Shown here piece by piece: positions 63,487 through 64,000 of a stretch of 64,000 bases of DNA. Below the pieces are notes generated by a model. That model was given only the letters and a program-made list of their open reading frames with translations. It was not told where the DNA came from and did no database searches. The stretch's first letter is position 1; every line of letters begins with the position of its first letter. Made by a program: the position numbers and the translations under genes. This DNA is from Candidatus Multivoradales bacterium (GTDB lineage Bacteria; Acidobacteriota; Thermoanaerobaculia; Multivoradales; JAHEKO01): positions 1,088,001 to 1,152,000 of the forward strand of contig CBDCXM010000009.1 of the NCBI GenBank assembly GCA_965223855.1, given 5' to 3'.

Positions 63487-64000
63487 CCACCATCCCCGAG
63501 AGCCGCCTTCGAGACGTCAACGGCGGCGAGATTCGCGCCGACGGCGAATACGTCCTCTACTGGATGATCGCCGCCCGGCGGACCCGGTGGAACTTCGCCC
63601 TCGATCGGGCCGTCGAGTGGGGGCGCGAGTTGGGCAAGCCGGTACTGGTTCTCGAGGCACTCCGGGTCGGGTACCGGTGGGCGAGCGACCGCTTCCATCG
63701 GTTCGTCCTCGACGGCATGCGAGACAACGCCCGGGCCCTGGCCGGCTCGGGGGTCGGCTACTACCCGTACGTCGAGCCGGAGGAGGGGGCGGGAAGCGGT
63801 CTCCTCCGGGAGCTGGGCTCCCGTGCGGCGGTGGTGGTGACGGACGAGTTCCCCTGCTTCTTCCTGCCGCGCATGGTCGAGGCGGCCGGCCGGCAGCTCG
63901 GCGTGCGGCTGGAGGCGGTCGACGGCAACGGCCTCCTGCCGATCGATGCCCCCGGCAGGGCGTTCCATCGTGCATTCGACTTCCGGCGCCATCTACAGAA
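63483..64000 (+). CDS. Class II-like deoxyribodipyrimidine photolyase (partial, runs off the window)
   Basis: Absent from the ORF track because it has no stop in the window. Translated by hand: GEYVLYWM..ARR...NFALDRA...KPVLV.E.L...Y.WAS.RFH.FVLDGM.DN...VVTDEFP...VDGNGLLP; GTG overlaps the ferritin stop. Confidence 0.88.
   Translation, partial: MTTIPESRLRDVNGGEIRADGEYVLYWMIAARRTRWNFALDRAVEWGRELGKPVLVLEALRVGYRWASDRFHRFVLDGMRDNARALAGSGVGYYPYVEPEEGAGSGLLRELGSRAAVVVTDEFPCFFLPRMVEAAGRQLGVRLEAVDGNGLLPIDAPGRAFHRAFDFRRHLQ

Overview
High-GC bacterial chromosomal window, most consistent with an Acidobacteriota genome (inferred from the Oar-like TonB receptor, the kinase-linked ECF sigma factor, the DUF5916 and VPS10 proteins and an Hfq paralogue). 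About 60 real CDS are present. They include the start of a SUF operon (Rrf2 regulator, sufB, sufC, sufD), acs, two toxin-antitoxin pairs, an ECF-OmpA-Ser/Thr kinase module, SMUG1, thiI, an orphan wzm/wzt pair, serS, ricT-hfq-like-pdxA, ispH-pta-purD, several peptidases, an FHA-GAF-PP2C phosphatase, a DcsG-like ATP-grasp/CsaA/B3-4 operon, yhhQ, and a ferritin-like gene coupled to a photolyase. No rRNA, tRNA, CRISPR array or transposase was seen. The most unusual signal is two divergent 199-nt copies of a structured non-coding element between thiI and wzm, with a conserved core and unrelated but fully pairing outer stems. Other notable signals are duplicated Rrf2 operators, several clear operator arrays, a sigma-54 promoter and apparently pervasive leaderless genes. 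Three genes (sufD, the OmpA gene, thiI) carry single-base frameshifts that look like sequencing errors. All family calls come from recognising motifs by eye; no database search was run.
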